From the NCBI GenBank assembly GCA_963850305.1, contig CAWKKR010000004.1:1-64000 (forward strand): a stretch of DNA of 64,000 nt, written 5' to 3'. A program made the position numbers and the translations under genes. Source of the DNA: an uncultured delta proteobacterium. GTDB taxonomy: Bacteria > Myxococcota_A > Polyangia > Polyangiales > Polyangiaceae. Each line of letters starts with the position of its first letter. Position 1 is the first letter of the stretch. Under the pieces are notes generated by a model. That model did no database searches and had not been told where the DNA came from. It saw nothing but the letters and a program-made list of their open reading frames with translations. Positions 60,596 to 64,000 of the stretch are shown one piece after another.

Positions 60596-63253
60596 TCAGG
60601 CTCCCTCCGCTTCCACGAGCTCCGAGACGTATGGACGAAAGTTGGCTTTCTCGGTCCCGCAATCTGGACAACGAAAGCTGTCGTCGAGCGCGTCGAAGGG
60701 CGTGCGCGCCTGGATTTCCGGCGTGCCCTTGGACTCGTCGTAGACGTAGTAGCAGCCCCGACAGATGAAGGTTCCTCGGCCGGGTCGAGGCGGGGTGGGC
60801 GCGGGTAAGTCGCCCGCCGACGCATCGAGATCCGGGACCGTGACTCGATCGCCGACGACGACCTTGCCGCCCGTGCGAGCGACGAGGTAGACCCCGAGAT
60901 CTTTGTGGCCGAACGTTTTTCGGAGCGAGCCGGGGATGTCCATGTCCCGCTCGGCGGTGATCGGGTTGACGTTGGTGGCCCCGCAGCGCCCGTTGCGACG
61001 GTCGACGCGAAAAAGGACGTCGCCGAACAGGATGTCGCTGCCGACCCAATCGAATTCCTCCCAGGGTCGCACTCCATCGATGTAGAAGTTCGCCCGAAAG
61101 CGGTATGGGTCGATCTTGCGTCGCCACGCGGCCTCGAGGGTGCGGAGGGTCGCGAGGTTGATGCAGGAAATGACATTGTCCGGCTTGTCCATGAAGTGGC
61201 CATTCGGCAGGTGAACGAGCCTCGGCCCGCCGCGGGGTGACGGGATTTGCTCGGCGAAGAACAGCTCGACCGCGTCCCTGCCCTCCCGGCTCTGGAGATC
61301 GGCGCTGAGCAGAATCTCGGTGCGAGGGGTGTCACCATTGGACGCGCCGTTGGATCGCGACACGGTGAGCCGCATCGTCCGGGGATCGACGTGCGTTTGA
61401 ACGCGCGCCAGCTCCTCTTCCAGCATGAGCATCAGGAACAACCCCTTTTTCGCCCACCGGGGAGCGTCCGGGGCCATCGGCACCCCCGGCCGCGTCAGCG
61501 CAAACACTCGGTCGAACGGAAACGGTTTCCCCGCTTCGAGAACCACACCCCGCAAGGGCTCCGGGCTCAGACCTTTGATGGGGTAACGGCAAATCCCCCG
61601 GACGATGCGCATCGGCGTCGACTCCTCTCTCGTTCTCTTGTTCCGCGCCCGCAGCGAGATCGTGCGGATGGCGGGTTGCTGGCGCAGCAGAAGCGCCCGC
61701 CGTTTCGACTTTCTCAGGGGCGCGAGCGGCCGCCTCCGAGGCAAAGGCTCGTCGAGGAGTAGCTCGCGGATGAACTCGTGGTGATCGTCCAGTGTGTCGT
61801 CGACGGCATCGGAGAGACGCAAGATGCCCTGCTCGATCTGCTTGGGCGAGAGACCCGCGTAGCCGAGAAGGAGGCTCCGCCGCATCAGCGTCGAGGATGC
61901 CTGCTCGCACACGCCGGCCGACCCGAGCGAATACACCCCGACTCGATGACGTCGCGCAAGCTCTTCGAGCCGCGGAGCCTCTGGGACACCGGCGGGAAGT
62001 TGCCAGAGCACGTGCAGCCCGCTCGCCTCGCCGCTCGTCTCGACGCGGCCGAAATGACGTCTGAGCGCGTTCAGGAGAGCGTCGCGGCTGTCTCTGTACT
62101 GCGCTCGACTTCGCATCAGGTGAGCCGCGTAGCTCCCGCCACGGATGAGCTCCGCGAGCGCCGCCTGATCGAGCCAGGGGCTCCCGCCGTTGACCAGCCT
62201 CTTCACGGCGCAGAGCCCGTCGACCAGGCTCGGCGGCGCGACGACGTAGCCGATCCGGAGGCCGGGGCCGAGGGTAGTCGAGAACGTGCCGAGATGGATC
62301 GTACAGTCGGGTGCCATGCCCGCCAGAGCCTGCAGCGGCGAGCCGTCGTAATGAAAGTCGCCGTCGTAGTCATCCTCGATCAGGTACGTGCCGTGCCGCC
62401 GTGCCCACGCGATGACCTCCCTGCGGCGTGCTGCGGACAGGGCATGGCCGGTCGGGTACTGGTGCGCTGGCGTCAGATACAGGAGCGCCGCGGGTTCGTT
62501 CGGGAGGCGGGACGTCATGAGTCCGTCTTCGTCGACGCGAACGCCCAGAAGACGTGCTCCCGTTGCTTCGAAAGCCAGCGACGCGCCCTCATAACACGGG
62601 TCTTCCACGACGACCGTGCGGTCCGGCGACAGGAACAGGCGCGCGATCAGGCTGAGCCCTTCCTGAATGCCGAGGACGATCAGGATCTGCTCGGGGTCGG
62701 CCACGATGCCGCGGCTCATCGAGACGTGCGCGGCGATCGCGGAGCGGAGTACGTACAGACCGCCGGGCGCTCCATGCTCGGAGAGCCCCGCCGCACCGCG
62801 ATACGAGAGGCAGCCTTGCAACAAGCGTCGCCAGGTCTTCTGGGGAAAGAGCTCGCGGTTCGGGCGTCCTGGGGCGAAATCGTAGAGCGTACGCTGTCGA
62901 TCCGCCTCGATGCGCTTCGGCGCGCGGAGGAATGTCGGTGCCGGCATCGACGTCGCGGCGGCGGGTAGGCCCGAAGTCCCCGCCGTGGCAACGACCGCAC
63001 TATGCCGGGGACCTAGCGTTGCAAAGAACCCCGATGCGGCTCGCGACTCCACCAGGCCCTCGTCCAGCAAGGTTTCGTAGGCGCGCACGACCGTGTTCCG
63101 ACTCAGGCTGAGCTGCTCCGAGAACTGACGCGAAGAGGGCAGGCGAGCTCCGGGTGGCACCCGACCTTGTCGGATCGCGTCTCGCAGCTCATCGGCGAGC
63201 TGCCGGGCGAGCGGTCGAGGCGACGAGCGATCGAGGCCAACCGGAATTCGCAT
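60596..63253 (-). CDS. MocR/GntR regulator fused to MOSC domain and rubredoxin
   Basis: wHTH (RLPSSR..SRNTVVRAYE.L..EG); AAT domain (TPAHQYPTG, IEDDYD); MOSC (RYPIKGL, RFRANF, RCGATNVNP); rubredoxin CRGC...CPDC. Confidence 0.9.
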   Translation of the reverse strand: MRIPVGLDRSSPRPLARQLADELRDAIRQGRVPPGARLPSSRQFSEQLSLSRNTVVRAYETLLDEGLVESRAASGFFATLGPRHSAVVATAGTSGLPAAATSMPAPTFLRAPKRIEADRQRTLYDFAPGRPNRELFPQKTWRRLLQGCLSYRGAAGLSEHGAPGGLYVLRSAIAAHVSMSRGIVADPEQILIVLGIQEGLSLIARLFLSPDRTVVVEDPCYEGASLAFEATGARLLGVRVDEDGLMTSRLPNEPAALLYLTPAHQYPTGHALSAARRREVIAWARRHGTYLIEDDYDGDFHYDGSPLQALAGMAPDCTIHLGTFSTTLGPGLRIGYVVAPPSLVDGLCAVKRLVNGGSPWLDQAALAELIRGGSYAAHLMRSRAQYRDSRDALLNALRRHFGRVETSGEASGLHVLWQLPAGVPEAPRLEELARRHRVGVYSLGSAGVCEQASSTLMRRSLLLGYAGLSPKQIEQGILRLSDAVDDTLDDHHEFIRELLLDEPLPRRRPLAPLRKSKRRALLLRQQPAIRTISLRARNKRTREESTPMRIVRGICRYPIKGLSPEPLRGVVLEAGKPFPFDRVFALTRPGVPMAPDAPRWAKKGLFLMLMLEEELARVQTHVDPRTMRLTVSRSNGASNGDTPRTEILLSADLQSREGRDAVELFFAEQIPSPRGGPRLVHLPNGHFMDKPDNVISCINLATLRTLEAAWRRKIDPYRFRANFYIDGVRPWEEFDWVGSDILFGDVLFRVDRRNGRCGATNVNPITAERDMDIPGSLRKTFGHKDLGVYLVARTGGKVVVGDRVTVPDLDASAGDLPAPTPPRPGRGTFICRGCYYVYDESKGTPEIQARTPFDALDDSFRCPDCGTEKANFRPYVSELVEAEGA

Positions 63254-63289
63254 GGGGGTCCTCGAGGGTAAGACCCGCTTCGTTTCGGC

Positions 63290-64000
63290 TCAGTTGCGGA
63301 CGCTCACCTTCATCCCCTTGTTCTCCGGCAAGTACGGGCTGTAAGGGTTCGGCACGATCGGCTGGCTGCGGTAGACGACCTGGAACTGGCCGTCCCCGCG
63401 AATCTCGCCGATCATGACCGGCTTGGTCAGGTGGTGATTCGCGTTCATCGTGACCGTGTATCCGGTGGGTGACACGACCGTTTGTCCGATCATGGCCTTT
63501 CGGACGGCGTCGACGTTGGTTGTCCCGGCCTTCTTCACCGCCTGGGCCCACATGTTGAAGAGGAGATAGGCCGATTCCATCGGGTCGTTCGTCACGGCCT
63601 TCGGGTCGTGGATGTAGGCGTGCCAGTGGTCGACGAAGACCTTGTTTTCCGGTGTCTTCAGCGATTCGAAGTAGCTCCAGGCCGCCATGTGCCCGACGAG
63701 GGGCTTCGTGTCGATTCCCTTGAGCTCCTCTTCCCCGACCGAGAACGCAATGACTGGAATGTCGGTGGCCTTGACGCCCTGGTTCGCCAGCTCCTTGTAG
63801 AAAGGAACATTCGCGTCGCCGTTGATGGTCGAGATCACCACGGTAGGCTTCCCGCTCGCGAATCGCTTGATCGCGCCGACCTCGGTCTGCCAGTCCGAAA
63901 AGGCGAACGGCGTGTAGTTCTCCCGGATGTCGGCGTCGGCAACGCCTCTGTATTTCAGATAGGCGCGGATGATCTTGTTGCTCGTACGCGGATAGACGTA
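63290..64000 (-). CDS. urtA: Urea ABC transporter substrate-binding protein (C-terminal part)
   Basis: YVYPRTSNKI, YTPF..SDWQ, STINGDANVPFYKEL, FSVGEEEL, TNDPME, NHHL.KPVMIGEI. Confidence 0.9.
   Translation of the reverse strand, partial: YVYPRTSNKIIRAYLKYRGVADADIRENYTPFAFSDWQTEVGAIKRFASGKPTVVISTINGDANVPFYKELANQGVKATDIPVIAFSVGEEELKGIDTKPLVGHMAAWSYFESLKTPENKVFVDHWHAYIHDPKAVTNDPMESAYLLFNMWAQAVKKAGTTNVDAVRKAMIGQTVVSPTGYTVTMNANHHLTKPVMIGEIRGDGQFQVVYRSQPIVPNPYSPYLPENKGMKVSVRN

Overview
High-GC chromosomal window, most likely from a myxobacterium (Polyangia-like). This is inferred from the many Gly/Ser-linker, Cys-rich lipoproteins and the sigma-54 regulation. In order it holds: an MdtAB/TolC RND efflux operon with a sigma-54 promoter and a divergent HK/NtrC-type pair; a frameshifted lipoprotein serpin; a VIT-VWA protein with a SEP-CTERM-like tail next to exosortase K; an HK/RR pair; a REP-like hairpin array; and a CAP protein. 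Next come a 21-bp tandem array and a collapsed defence island (hsdR/hsdM/hsdS remnants, toxin-antitoxin modules) containing an intact, translationally coupled three-gene operon (TIGR04255-like, unknown, ComEC-type MBL hydrolase). Then MscS, PPK2, a heavily frameshifted NodT/HlyD/RbbA/YhhJ efflux operon, an xfp-ackA-aldolase-HAD operon divergent from a GH15 gene, and several orphan gene tails. The last third holds a PQQ locus (pqqA-C-D-E with divergent pqqB) whose pqqA, absent from the ORF track, has a long C-terminal extension; beta-propeller and dihaem cytochrome genes; a sushi/EGF lipoprotein; a Mo-oxidoreductase; a MocR-MOSC-rubredoxin fusion lacking the PLP lysine; and the 3' part of urtA. 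No rRNA, tRNA, CRISPR array or transposase was recognised. All family calls come from motifs read by eye, with no database search.
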